Source: Desulfocapsaceae bacterium (GTDB lineage Bacteria > Desulfobacterota > Desulfobulbia > Desulfobulbales > Desulfocapsaceae). From it: a stretch of DNA of 64,000 nucleotides. The stretch is taken from assembly GCA_963674815.2 (NCBI GenBank), contig CAXXTV010000009.1, positions 73,515-137,514 of the forward strand. The letters are read 5' to 3'. Positions within the stretch are counted from its first letter, which is position 1, and the number at the start of each line of letters is the position of its first letter. Position numbers and translations under genes: made by a program. The notes beneath the pieces were generated by a model, which did not search any database, was not told the DNA's origin, and saw only the letters and a list, made by a program, of their open reading frames with translations. Below, piece by piece: positions 10,976 to 21,796 of this stretch.

Positions 10976-11317
10976 ATGAGCAACTGCCTGTTCTGTAAAA
11001 TTGTTTCGGGCGAGATTCCCTCCGACAAACTCTATGAGGACGATGATCTGCTGGCATTCTGGGACATTGCACCCCAGGCCCCGAAACACTTCCTGGTCAT
11101 TCCCAAAAAGCATCTGAGCGGCCCTTCAGAGGTAACGGAAGCGGATGAAAAACTGATCGGGAAAATAATGCGGCTCGGTGCAAAACTGGCAGCAGATCAT
11201 GGAATCGGCGACGATTTCAGGGTGGTATTCAACAATGGAGCCGGTGCAGGGCAGACGGTTTTTCATATCCACATGCATATCCTCGGGGGCAGGCCGATGG
11301 GCTGGCCTCCCGGCTGA
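10976..11317 (+). CDS. HIT-family (histidine triad) nucleotide-binding protein
   Basis: 113 aa. CLFCKI N-terminus and the HIHMHILGG histidine triad. Confidence 0.9.
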   Translation: MSNCLFCKIVSGEIPSDKLYEDDDLLAFWDIAPQAPKHFLVIPKKHLSGPSEVTEADEKLIGKIMRLGAKLAADHGIGDDFRVVFNNGAGAGQTVFHIHMHILGGRPMGWPPG

Positions 11318-11485
11318 TAACGCCGTCTCCGCTGAGCCCCTTTCCTGATATATGGTGCGGTCCCCCCGGGTATCGCACTTTCCTTTCATCCTTATTCCTG
11401 CTACATTGCTATCCTATCCGTAAAAGCAGTCCCCCATTTGATCCAGGATTTTCCTGGCGAAACCACAGGTCATGAGTGAAACACC

Positions 11486-12716
11486 ATGATTGCAGAGCTT
11501 CTCAACAGCATCAACATGCTGTCCAGCCAGCAGCTGCTGGCCATCACTCCGGCAGCCATCTTCGGGCTGGCGTGTATCATTTTCGGACTGCTGGCCTCCA
11601 GGTGGAAACGGAAATACCGGTCGCTGCAGCGCGATCACCTACTTCTTGAGGAACGGCTGAGATTCGAACAGCAGTTCCGTCTGGAACGGGAAAACCAGCT
11701 TGAGGCGACGACCGCAGAGCTCAAAATGCAGTTCAGGGATCTGGCCCAGAAGATATTCGATGAAAAAAGCCGGACATTTTCATCCCAGAACAGTGAAAAG
11801 CTCGATATCCTGCTGCGGCCATTCAAAGAACAGATCGATTCATTCCGGGACCGCGTTGACACGATCTTTGTTGAAGAGACGAAAGAACGGGCATCGTTGA
11901 GACAGGAAATCCTTCACCTCCGAACCCTGAACCAGCAGATCAACGAAGAGGCTCGAAACCTCTACCCGGGCAATCGCAGGCAATCGCCAGACCCAGGGGG
12001 CCTGGGGAGAGCTCGTGCTGGAAAAACTGCTTGAACAGTCAGGGCTGCGAAAGGGCCATGAATATGATGCCCAGAAAGGAATGCGTGACAGCAGCAACCA
12101 CCTCTATAAACCGGACATCATTATTCACCTGCCGGACGGCAAGGATATCGTTATTGATTCCAAGGTCTCACTCTCTGCCTGGTCGCGTTACGTCTCTGCC
12201 GGAACTGCGGAACAGGCGTCGCAGGCCATGAAAGAGCATCTGCTGGCCCTGAAAAATCATATCAAGACCTTGAGCACAAAGGACTACAGCTCGCTGAAGG
12301 GACTGCAGTCGCTCGATTTCGTGCTGATGTTTTTGCCCATCGATGCCGCCTTTATCACCGCGACCCAGCAGGAGGAATCACTCATTGCCGAAATGTATTC
12401 CCGCAAGATCATCATTGTCACCCCGACAACCCTGCTCGCCACCCTGAGGATCATCGAGCATATCTGGCAGCTTGAACGGCAGAACCGCAATGCCGTTGAG
12501 ATTGCCAACCGGGCAAGCCTTCTGTACGACAAGCTGCGCGGCTTTATCGAGGATATGGACAAGCTCGGCACACAGCTCGACACCACCAGGGACACGTATG
12601 ACAGGGCAATGAACAAATTGAGCAGAGGCCGGGGAAACCTTGTCTCCCAGGCAAGCTGTTTTCCCGAGCTGGGCATACAGGTCAAAAAGGAAATCGCCAG
12701 AGAGCTGCTCCAGTGA
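11486..12716 (+). pseudogene. rmuC: DNA recombination protein RmuC, interrupted by a +1 frameshift as sequenced
   Basis: ORF 11486-12034 (N-terminal TM plus coiled coil) and ORF 12015-12716 (RmuC nuclease-like C-terminus) are two halves of one RmuC. The second frame reads TRAIAGNRQTQGAWGELVLEKLLEQSGL upstream of its tracked start. The frames join if one base near 11960-11963 is removed. Confidence 0.85.
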
Positions 12717-12897
12717 GCAACCCCCCGTATCAATCCGGTTTTCCTCCCAGCCTGCAGACATTCCGCCGCAGGACAGCAGGCCTCCCGTTTCTTGCCAAAT
12801 CAGGGCAAACATGGTACTCACATCTTCACATCGTACACCGTTGACTTTGAGCCGGACAGTAAACACTGTTTCCTGACAATCAAACCGGGGGATTATC

Positions 12898-14427
12898 ATG
12901 CTGCTGCATCATCACTTCATTGATGTCGCCAAGAGACTCGGCGACAAACTGGCAATCCATGATTTCACGACCAACAAAGAAGTCTCCTACAGCCGTGCGC
13001 TCCTGGCCTCCCTGCTGCTGGCCGGTGTTTTCAAAAAATATGACCGGGGATTCATCGGTGTCATGCTGCCCACCTCGGCAGGCTGTATTCTGACCAAGAT
13101 CGGGCTGATGATGAGCGGCCGCATTCCGGTCATGATCAACTACTCCACCGGGGCCGAACTCAATGCCGCCTACGCCCAGCGCAAATGCGACTTTCGTACC
13201 ATTATCACCTCGCGGACCCTGCTGGAAAAAATCAACTGTCCATTTGTCGAGGGTATGGTCTATATCGAAGACATCATGGAGCGCTTGAGCGGACTGCAGA
13301 AAGTGAAGGCCGCGCTCCTCTCAAAGCTGCCTGCAGCTGTTATCAAGAAACTGGTGCGCGGAGGCACTGACGATGATTCTGCAGTCATTCTTTTCACCAG
13401 CGGCAGTGAAAAAGACCCGAAAGCGGTGCTGCTGACCCACAGAAATATCAGCGCCAACATCATCTCTGCCAGCAAACGCTTCAATTTCGACGGCAGTGAC
13501 ACCTTTCTCTCCTCGCTGCCGTACTTCCACGTCTTTGGACTCACCGTCAACCTGTGGATTCCGCTGTACCATGGCGACACGATCCTGACCTATGCCAATC
13601 CGCTTGAATACAGGAAGATCTGTGAAATCGTCAGGGACCACAAGGCAACACTGATGGTAGGTACCCCGAGCTTTTTCTGGGGATACCTGAAAAAATCTGA
13701 AAAGGGTGATTTTGATTCACTGCGCATTGCCCTGGTCGGTGCGGACAAATGTCCGGACTCGCTGCGGGAAGCCTACCAGGAGAAGCATAACCAGACACTC
13801 TATGAAGGCTATGGGGCCACCGAATGCTCTCCGGTCATATCAGCCAATTCACCTGAGGACAATCGCCCAGGCAGCGTGGGAAAACCAATACCCGATGTCC
13901 AGGTACGGATCGAGAACTATGAAACAGGCGAGGAGTGCGGACCCGGCGAGGACGGCAGGATACTGGTGAAGGGCGACAACGTCATGAAAGGGTACTTCGA
14001 CGACTTTGAACAGACCTCACTGCATATCCGCAACGGCTGGTATGACACCGGAGACATGGGCAATATCGACAAGGACGGCTATCTCTGGCACGTTGGCAGG
14101 ATCAAGCGGTTCGTGAAAATCGGCGGAGAAATGGTTTCGCTCGTCAAGATTGAATCGGTGCTGGACAGCCTGCTGCCCGACGACGCCCACTGCTGTGTGG
14201 TCGAGATTCCCGACTCCACCAAGGGTGCCCGGATCGTTGCCGTCATCACCGAGAAGATCAATGAGAAAGCGATGTTGAAGCAGATGGCGGAACAGCTGCC
14301 CAAAATAGCGTTGCCGAAACAGTTCATTCACTTCGACGAGCTGCCGAAGATGGGAAGCGGGAAAATCGATTTCCGCACGATTACCGAAATGGTCAGGGAA
14401 CAGCGCGCGGAAAAGCGTAACAGTTAA
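12898..14427 (+). CDS. AMP-dependent synthetase/ligase (acyl-CoA/acyl-ACP synthetase-like)
   Basis: 509 aa. Adenylation core motifs ILFTSGSEKDPKAV, YGATE, GWYDTGDMG, GRIKRFVKIGGEMV and LPKMGSGKID. Confidence 0.8.
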   Translation: MLLHHHFIDVAKRLGDKLAIHDFTTNKEVSYSRALLASLLLAGVFKKYDRGFIGVMLPTSAGCILTKIGLMMSGRIPVMINYSTGAELNAAYAQRKCDFRTIITSRTLLEKINCPFVEGMVYIEDIMERLSGLQKVKAALLSKLPAAVIKKLVRGGTDDDSAVILFTSGSEKDPKAVLLTHRNISANIISASKRFNFDGSDTFLSSLPYFHVFGLTVNLWIPLYHGDTILTYANPLEYRKICEIVRDHKATLMVGTPSFFWGYLKKSEKGDFDSLRIALVGADKCPDSLREAYQEKHNQTLYEGYGATECSPVISANSPEDNRPGSVGKPIPDVQVRIENYETGEECGPGEDGRILVKGDNVMKGYFDDFEQTSLHIRNGWYDTGDMGNIDKDGYLWHVGRIKRFVKIGGEMVSLVKIESVLDSLLPDDAHCCVVEIPDSTKGARIVAVITEKINEKAMLKQMAEQLPKIALPKQFIHFDELPKMGSGKIDFRTITEMVREQRAEKRNS

Positions 14428-14438
14428 CGATCCCCGGC

Positions 14439-15258
14439 ATGTCAGCTGACCACCCCCCTCAGACGACAGGGCGAAGCGCAGGTATCCTGCGCTCACCGCT
14501 GTTTGATATAGCCCAGTTTGTCGGCCTGCTCCTCTTTCTGGGCTGGCTCTCGCTGCGCTCCATCGAAAATCTTGGCTATCACTGGTCCTGGTATCAGATT
14601 CCTGCACTCATTCTCAAATCCACGGCGGATGGCATTCAGCCCGGACCACTGCTTCTCGGCCTTGGAGTGACAATAAAAATTTCGGCGCTGAGCCTTGTTT
14701 TCGCCTTTGTCATCGGTCTGGTTACTGCTCTTTTCAGGTTGTCTCACTCACCTGTCGCCCGTTTTGTTGCCAGGATTTATCTGGAATTGAGCAGGAACAC
14801 GCCCCTGCTGATTCAGCTCTTCTTTATCTATTTTGTGATTGGACCACTCTTCGGGCTGGAACGTTTTCCTTCAGCGGTGCTTGCCTTGAGTCTTTTTGAA
14901 GGTGCCTACGCCTCGGAAATTTTCAGATCGGGTGTCCTCTCGGTTGACCAGGGCCAGATTGAGGCAGCAGCAAGCCTTGGCATGAAAAAAAGCTATATCT
15001 ACCGGCTCATTATTCTGCCCCAGGCGATCCGCACCATCCTGCCGCCGCTTACCAGCCAGGCAATATCGTTGATCAAGGATTCGGCACTTGTCTCGACCAT
15101 CGCCATATATGACCTGACGATGCAGGCACAAGCCCTGATTTCTGAAACCTTTCTTACCTTTGAAATATGGTTTACCGTTGCCATTCTCTATCTGATGATT
15201 ACAATTACCCTGTCTTTTTTTCGTCACGTATCTGGAAAAACGGCTCAAGATTTCCTGA
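14439..15258 (+). pseudogene. amino-acid ABC transporter permease (His/Glu/Gln/Arg/opine type), frameshifted in a T7 run as sequenced
   Basis: Typical permease body (NTPLLIQLFFIYF, EAAASLGM, ILPQAIRTILPPLTSQ). After the T7 run at 15215-15221 the tracked frame runs on to 15506. The adjacent frame gives the family-typical end VTYLEKRLKIS with a stop at 15256-15258. Confidence 0.8.
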
Positions 15259-15322
15259 CAAGCCGTCAGTCTTGTCACGTATCACGTCTACTACTAAACA
15301 GCACATTCACGGAGAGGAATCC

Positions 15323-16159
15323 ATGGTTACACGCATCAGACTGTTATATGTTTTTTTCATTTCCCTGCTGGCACTGTCACTGTCCGCCCAAGCGGCCCCT
15401 GCGGCAACACTCCAGCAGCAGCTGGTCCAGGAGAGCACTGTTGAAAAGATTGTCAAAAGCGGCGTTCTCCGGGTCGGCATGGACACCTTCCAGCCGTGGG
15501 CAATGAAGGACAAGAACGGCAAATTTATCGGGTTTGAAATCGATGTGGCGACCCGGCTCGCCGAAGATATGGGTGTAAAGGTGGAATTCGTGCCGACCGC
15601 CTGGTCAGGAATAATTCCGGCGCTGCTGACCGGAAAATTCGACGTGATCATCGGCGGCATGGGGATTCTGCCCAAGCGGGCGTTGAAGGTCAACTTCACG
15701 CAGCCCTATGATTTTTCCGGCATGTCCATTGTCGCCCACAAAGAAAAAGCGGCGGGATTTTCATCCCTTGAGGATTTCAACAAAGCCGACGTCCAGGTAG
15801 CAGTGAAGCTTGGCACCTCTGCGGTCGCCGCGGCCCAGAAATACCTGCCCAAGGCTACGCTGCGCATGTTTGAGAACGAAACCCAGACCTACCAGGAACT
15901 GAGAAACGGCAATGTCCATGCGGTTGTCGGCTCTGCTCCGAGACCGGCATACGAAGCCCTGCAATACAGCGACACTCTTTACCTGCCGCTCAAGGGAACC
16001 TTTACCAAGGAGCCGATCGGCTTTGCCCTGCGCAAGGGAGACCCGGACTCGCTGGCATTTTTCAATTCATGGATTACCGGGGTCTGGCTTGAAGGGTGGC
16101 TGAAGGAACGCCACGATTACTGGTTTGAAACACGGGAATGGGCCGACCAGGTCGAATAG
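15323..16159 (+). CDS. amino-acid ABC transporter substrate-binding protein
   Basis: Internal ATG at 15323 preceded by GGAGAGG. Signal peptide MVTRIRLLYVFFISLLALSLSAQAAP. SBP_bac_3-like body (LRVGMDTFQPWAMKD...GFEIDVA...DVIIGGMG). The tracked upstream extension from 15167 is read-through across the permease end. Confidence 0.85.
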   Translation: MVTRIRLLYVFFISLLALSLSAQAAPAATLQQQLVQESTVEKIVKSGVLRVGMDTFQPWAMKDKNGKFIGFEIDVATRLAEDMGVKVEFVPTAWSGIIPALLTGKFDVIIGGMGILPKRALKVNFTQPYDFSGMSIVAHKEKAAGFSSLEDFNKADVQVAVKLGTSAVAAAQKYLPKATLRMFENETQTYQELRNGNVHAVVGSAPRPAYEALQYSDTLYLPLKGTFTKEPIGFALRKGDPDSLAFFNSWITGVWLEGWLKERHDYWFETREWADQVE

Positions 16160-16246
16160 CCCGAAGCTTACAGCTACTCAGATACCCAGGATACTCCTCT
16201 GCACGCTGCCGCGAGAAGAGCGGCAGCGTGCTCCGGCCGCCTTCTC

Positions 16247-17131
16247 ATGGACAGACCCCGCTACCGGCTTACCGTGCTTGATATTTTTCTGGTCGCCGCT
16301 CTGGCGGGATCGTTGCTGTTCATCATCTATCGGCTTGTTTTTGTGCTCAACTACAATTGGAACTGGGCGATCATTCCAACCTATCTCGTCCGCTTTGACA
16401 GTGAGAGCGGCAGGTGGACGGCAAATGTCCTGCTTGAAGGACTTTTCACCACGATCAGGCTCTCTGCCTGGGGCATGCTGCTGGCCGCCGTCCTCGGCCT
16501 GCTCATGGGCCTTGCCAGAACATCCCGGCGGCTGTTCTTCAAACTCTGCGCCAGGACGTACGTTGAGCTGATACGCAACACCCCGCCGCTTGTCCTGGTG
16601 TTTATCTTTTACTTCTTTGTCAGTGACCAGGTGCTGCCGGCCATCGGTGCCGAAACCTTTGTTCGCGGGCTCTCAGAAAGGGGAAATTACTGGTTGCATA
16701 TTTTTGCCGCCCCGCCGGAGCTGTTTGTTGCCTTTCTCTCAGGGACAATCACCATCGGTATTTTTCAGGGTGCCTATATCACTGAAATTGTCAGGGCCGG
16801 CATACAGGCAATTGATATCGGACAGTGGGAAGCATCGCGCGCACTCGGCCTCAACCGTCTGCAGCAGATGCGGCTGGTTATCCTGCCGCAGGCTCTGCGC
16901 CTGATGCTGCCGCCGCTGGCAAATGAATTTATCAACACGATAAAATATTCCTCGATCGTCTCGATAATATCAATCCAGGAGCTCACCTTCCAGGGGATGC
17001 AGGTTATGTCCTCGACCCAGGTAACAATCGAGGTATGGCTTACCATCACCGGGATGTACCTGGTGCTCTGCCTGACTCTGTCGTTATGGGTGCAGTGGCT
17101 TGAGAACCGACTGAACGTGCAGTCCTCCTGA
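16247..17131 (+). CDS. amino-acid ABC transporter permease (second)
   Basis: 294 aa. NTPPLVLVFIFYF, EASRALGL, VILPQALRLMLPPLANEFI, and C-terminal WLENRL. Confidence 0.85.
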   Translation: MDRPRYRLTVLDIFLVAALAGSLLFIIYRLVFVLNYNWNWAIIPTYLVRFDSESGRWTANVLLEGLFTTIRLSAWGMLLAAVLGLLMGLARTSRRLFFKLCARTYVELIRNTPPLVLVFIFYFFVSDQVLPAIGAETFVRGLSERGNYWLHIFAAPPELFVAFLSGTITIGIFQGAYITEIVRAGIQAIDIGQWEASRALGLNRLQQMRLVILPQALRLMLPPLANEFINTIKYSSIVSIISIQELTFQGMQVMSSTQVTIEVWLTITGMYLVLCLTLSLWVQWLENRLNVQSS

Positions 17132-17159
17132 TGACGCCTTACCGGAAGACAGGAACCCC

Positions 17160-18541
17160 ATGAAAGCCACATCCCCATTTACCATCAGGAATATCCGCCT
17201 GTTTATCGCCTTCAGGATTTTTTTTTAATGCGCGCTTCTACTATCCGGTATTCACCATTCTTTTTCTCGATTACGGCTTGACCATAGAACAGTTTGCGCT
17301 GTTGAACACGGTCTGGGCGATCACCATCGTCTGCGCTGAAGTCCCCTCAGGTGCACTCGCCGATCTTCTCGGCCGCAAACGGCTGCTGGTTCTCACCTCG
17401 GTACTGATGATCGTCGAGATCAGCGTCATTGCTTTTGTGCCGATCAGCTCGATCACCGTGGTTTTCTGGGCCTTCCTCGTTAATCGTATAGTGAGCGGCC
17501 TGGCAGAGGCCATGGCGAGCGGGGCAGACGAGGCGATTGCCTATGATTCTCTGGTAGAGAACGGCAACCCGGAACACTGGCCGCAGGTGTTGAGTGTGCA
17601 GATGCGCCTCAAGGCCCTGGCGGGAATCATCTCCATGACGGCTGGAGCGATGCTCTATGACCCGGAATTGGTGAATAGACTGTTGGCATTACTGGGTATG
17701 GAGGCGGCGGTTTCCCAGCAGGTGAGCATGCGATTCCCAGTCTACCTCACCCTGGTTCTTGCCTTTCTTTCCCTCTGGACAACACTTGGACTCAAGGAAA
17801 CCGGGGATGAAGGGGAACCGGGTTCTCACCAGTTTTCCCTGGCAAACATCTTGCAGGCGGGCAGGCTTACCTGGCAGGCGGGTTTGTGGATCATGAAAAC
17901 TCCCTTTGCCATGGCAATCATTCTTTTCGGGATGATGTACGATCACGTCCTGCGCCTGATGATCACCCTGACCAGCCAGTATTTTCGCCTGATACTGCTG
18001 CCGGAAGCTAGCTTCGGGCTGATCATGGCCCCTGCTCTCTCTGCTCGGCCTGCTGATCCCGAAGATTGCCGAGCATATGGTGGAAAGATTCAGCCCACAG
18101 CAGAACTGTCTCTGGCTGGGGCTCATCTCCTTTCTGGCCCTCTGGGGGCTCACCGGCTTTGTCCCCTACTTCGGCATCATCCCCATTGCATTGGTGAGCG
18201 TCGGCCTGCAGTTAACCTCCTTTTTCACCAGCCATTATTTGAATCGGGTCACCTCCTCGAAACAGCGGGCAACCGTGCTAAGCTTCAAGGGAATGGCTTT
18301 CAATCTGGCCTATGGTCTCATCGGCATACTCTTTGCGCTGCTCATGCAGGTTCAGCGCAGCGCTGTTCATAGTGGTAATCCGGACCTGATCCCTGAACTG
18401 GTTGAAAATGAGGCTTTTCAGGCGACCATAAGCTGGTCTCCCTGGTACGCGGTGCTGCTGACGATACTGATTGCTCTTTATTCTCTGCACCTCTTGAAAA
18501 ACAGTGACATTCACCGCTCTATCCCCCGCCAGCAGGGATGA
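17160..18541 (+). pseudogene. MFS transporter, two +1 frameshifts as sequenced
   Basis: ATG 17160 gives MKATSPFTIRNIRLFIAFRIFF, then a stop. Removing one T from the T9 run (17218-17226) continues as NARFYYPVFTILFLDYGLTIEQFALLN, which joins ORF 17278. Removing one C from the C4 run (18029-18032) joins ...FGLIMA to LLSLLGLLIPKIAEHMVERF (ORF 18077-18541). Confidence 0.8.
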
Positions 18542-19656
18542 TGGAACCGTTCTCGATCTTCCGGTGATACAGCGTTCGCTCGGTCACCCCCTGCCGGTTG
18601 AAGGCGATGGTGCCCTGCAATCCCTGAAAAACGCCGATCTCGCGGATAAGCCGGCCAAGATTCTGTCTCCTTTTCAACTGTCCCAGCGCTGTCAGCACGA
18701 TCTGTGCTGATTCGTACCCATAGAGTGCACCATAAGCAGGCGCCTGGTGAAAGCGGTTTTTCATAATGATGGAGAAATGTCCGGTACCCCTCAGCCGTAT
18801 TCGTCAAGATCATAGGACTGGAAAAATTCCATTCCCTCGACCGCCGCGCCAGCCTGACGAACAAGCTCCGGTGTGACCGACCAGCCATTCGTCAGCACCG
18901 GGATATCATGTCCCTGTTGCTTCTATTTGACTGCAGATACGGGCCAGATCCGACGCGGAGGCAAGAATGTAAACAGCATCAGGATCATCCTCTGCGGCCT
19001 GGCTAGCGAGCAGGCCGAAGTCGGTATCGTCCCTGGTTGTGTATGATGTTGCCTGGACAATCGAACCACCCAGGGCTTCGATGAAATCGATGAAATAACG
19101 TACCCGGTTCTCGGCAAACTCCCGGTTGGTCAAATCATAGAGTATCGAGATAAAACGATATCCCCTTTGAGTAAAAGCCAGCTCCGCCAGCATCTGCGCT
19201 TCGCTTCTGTCTGCCGGGGAAACCCGGTAAAAAAAAATCCCCCCGTTCCGGGAAGTCCGCACTGTTTGCAGTAGGACTGATCATCATTATTCTCTTCAGC
19301 TCAGCCAGCGGTGCGGCGACCCGCGCCATTTCGGCGGTCACCGGCCCGACAACGCCGACGACGCGCTCCCTGTCAAAATATTCCATACCTCTCATGGCAC
19401 TCTCGGGGTCTCCTCTATCGTCCATGATCAACAGCTCCAGCCTGCGTCCGGAAATACCGCCCGTTCTGTTCACCTCCTCGATTGCCAGGATAACACCATT
19501 CCTTGCCGCAATGCTGATATCACTGACGCCACCGGTAAAACTCCCCATAAAGCCGATTTTACAGGGATTGAGAGTCGAGCACGACAAGGTGGAAAGAAGA
19601 AGAACGCCTATGATCATACTGCCAGATGTCCTGAGGCCTGCTGTTCTGCCTTTCAT
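18519..19656 (-). pseudogene. LivK-type (Peripla_BP_6) ABC substrate-binding protein, at least four frameshifts as sequenced
   Basis: The pieces 19656-19135, 19262-18906, 18888-18511 and 18764-18519 concatenate into one binding protein. It has a signal peptide, KIGFMGSFTGG, FFYRVSPADRSEAQMLAE, HDIPVLTNGW, TAEGYRTFLHHYEK and RFHQAPAYGALYGYESAQIVL. The breaks are at A9 19229-19237, CCC 18912-18914, about 18802, and T5 18757-18761. Confidence 0.75.
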
Positions 19657-19912
19657 CTTAACCCACCGGAATCAACATGAAGAACCTTCAATTGAGAAAA
19701 CGTATTTTTACTGCAGTACCTGTAAAAAAACACAATGACCGCCAATACTCAACACAGAGTTCAAAATTTCGACTCATTGTGGTATAGTTGTCTGATTCAA
19801 AATATGACAAATATGACATCCCTGCAAATCATATGATAAGACGGTATCACGCGTGCAGCAGACCAGCCAGGCACGCCCGTGTGTTCTCCCATCAACCTGC
19901 GCCCTCACCGCT

Positions 19913-21610
19913 ATGAAAACCATCCCGTCGCAACTGATCTATTTTCTCCAGAACAAGACGACCCGGCGAAATTTTGGCATGCTCCGGAAGTTTCTCCTCT
20001 TTCTGGCACTTATCATCTGCCTCTACTCGGTGCTGTTTCATGTGCTGATGAATTATGAGGGCCGTTATTACAGCTGGATTACCGGTTTTTACTGGACCAT
20101 GACCGTGATGTCGACCCTGGGTTTTGGAGATATTACCTTTCACACCGATATCGGGCTGCTGTTTACCATGGCCGTCCTGCTCTCCGGGGTCCTCTTCCTG
20201 CTGATACTGCTGCCCTTCACATTTATCCAATTCTTTTATGCCCCCTGGCTGGAAGCCCAGGAAAAAGCACGCACCCCGCGTGAACTGCCGGAGGATATCA
20301 GAGGTCATGTCATCATGACCAGTTTTGACCCGATCACGACCAGGCTCATCGAACGCCTCGATAAACAGGGGATTCCCTATGTCATTGTCACCGCAGACCT
20401 CGGGCTGGCAAACGATTTAATCGACCAGGGATTTCGGATTGTCGTCGGAGAACCTGACCGGCCTTCGACATATCGGGCGCTGAGGATTGAAAACGCGGCG
20501 ATGGCCGTACTCACCAATGACGACCTGACCAACACCAATCTTTCTTTTACCATACGCGAAGTGAACCGGGATGTGCCGATCATCACCAACGCAGAGCACG
20601 AACATTCTATCGATATTCTTGAATTTTCCGGAAACATTCAGGTGTTCCAGTTTATGAGGATGCTCGGAGAATCATTGAGCCGGAGAACGCTCGGCGTCGG
20701 GATGACGACCAATATCATCGGCAGGTTCAACGATATTCTTATTTCCGAAATGACCGCTCTTGAGACAGCGCTGGTCGGTAAATCACTGACCGAGGCAAAT
20801 ATCAGGCAGAAGACCGGTGTCACCGTTATCGGCATCATGGAGGAGGGAAAGTTTATCGCCTCCTCCCCCCATACCGTAATCACCCCGAAATCCATTCTGA
20901 TGCTGGCCGGGTCAGCCAGGCAGCTGGCCTCCTTTGATCAGATGTACATGGTAAAGAGATTTACGAAAGAGAACGAAGTGCAGGTCGTCATCCTCGGGGG
21001 CGGGCGTGTCGGCCATGCAGCAGCCGACACACTTGCCCAGCATGGCGTGCAGTATCGAATCGTCGAAAAACGAACGATCAGGACAGAGGGGGTGGCCGAT
21101 ATCAACAATTTCATTATCGGCGATGCGGCTGATATCTCTACCCTCAAGGCAGCCGGTATCGAAACGGCTCGATCGGTGATCGTCACGACCCACAGTGATG
21201 AAATGAACATTTATCTTACCTTCTATTGCCGGCAACTGCGGCCGGACATCCAGATTATCAGCCGCTCGACACTTGAACGAAATGTGTCAAAACTGCACAT
21301 GGCCGGTGCTGACCTGGTCATGTCCTATGCATCGCTTGGGGCCGGAACCATCTACCAGATCCTCCAGCCGGATGGAATCTCCGTGTTCAGCGAAGGCCTG
21401 GCGGTACTGTCCATTACTGCCGGTGTTCAATTCGGCGGTAAATCGATCAAGCACAGCACCATCCGTGAGAAAACAGGATGTTCGATCCTCGCCATCAAAC
21501 GGGAGGAACAAATGATAATCAGCCCGGAACCGGATTTCGAGATAACAGAAACGGACGAGCTGATCATTATCGGCACGACGGAGAATGAAAAACGAATCCA
21601 CAATTTATAA
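19913..21610 (+). CDS. potassium channel with two RCK/TrkA domains
   Basis: TM helices plus the selectivity filter MSTLGFGDITF. Rossmann motif VVILGGGRVGHAAADTL and a TrkA-C-like end. ATG 19913 is preferred; the tracked GTG 19853 is possible. Confidence 0.85.
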   Translation: MKTIPSQLIYFLQNKTTRRNFGMLRKFLLFLALIICLYSVLFHVLMNYEGRYYSWITGFYWTMTVMSTLGFGDITFHTDIGLLFTMAVLLSGVLFLLILLPFTFIQFFYAPWLEAQEKARTPRELPEDIRGHVIMTSFDPITTRLIERLDKQGIPYVIVTADLGLANDLIDQGFRIVVGEPDRPSTYRALRIENAAMAVLTNDDLTNTNLSFTIREVNRDVPIITNAEHEHSIDILEFSGNIQVFQFMRMLGESLSRRTLGVGMTTNIIGRFNDILISEMTALETALVGKSLTEANIRQKTGVTVIGIMEEGKFIASSPHTVITPKSILMLAGSARQLASFDQMYMVKRFTKENEVQVVILGGGRVGHAAADTLAQHGVQYRIVEKRTIRTEGVADINNFIIGDAADISTLKAAGIETARSVIVTTHSDEMNIYLTFYCRQLRPDIQIISRSTLERNVSKLHMAGADLVMSYASLGAGTIYQILQPDGISVFSEGLAVLSITAGVQFGGKSIKHSTIREKTGCSILAIKREEQMIISPEPDFEITETDELIIIGTTENEKRIHNL

Positions 21611-21796
21611 CAATTTCCGGAAACACAAAACTTTTTTTCCAGTTATCCAGAAAACTCCGCTGGCCCGACTTCACCTGCCGACTTAACCTACTGTAATACC
21701 AAGACAAAATACATCCCTTGCCGGGAATAGTACTTGCATGTCCAATGGAACCGGATGTCCATTTATGGCGGGAAGATGTCGTATGCGGGGGGGAGA

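Noticed and set aside
14439-15506. The tracked 355-aa permease ORF and the 330-aa ORF starting at 15167, taken as genuine overlapping genes.
   Set aside because: The overlap is produced by the T7 frameshift. The corrected permease ends at 15258, and the binding protein starts at ATG 15323 with an RBS and a signal peptide.
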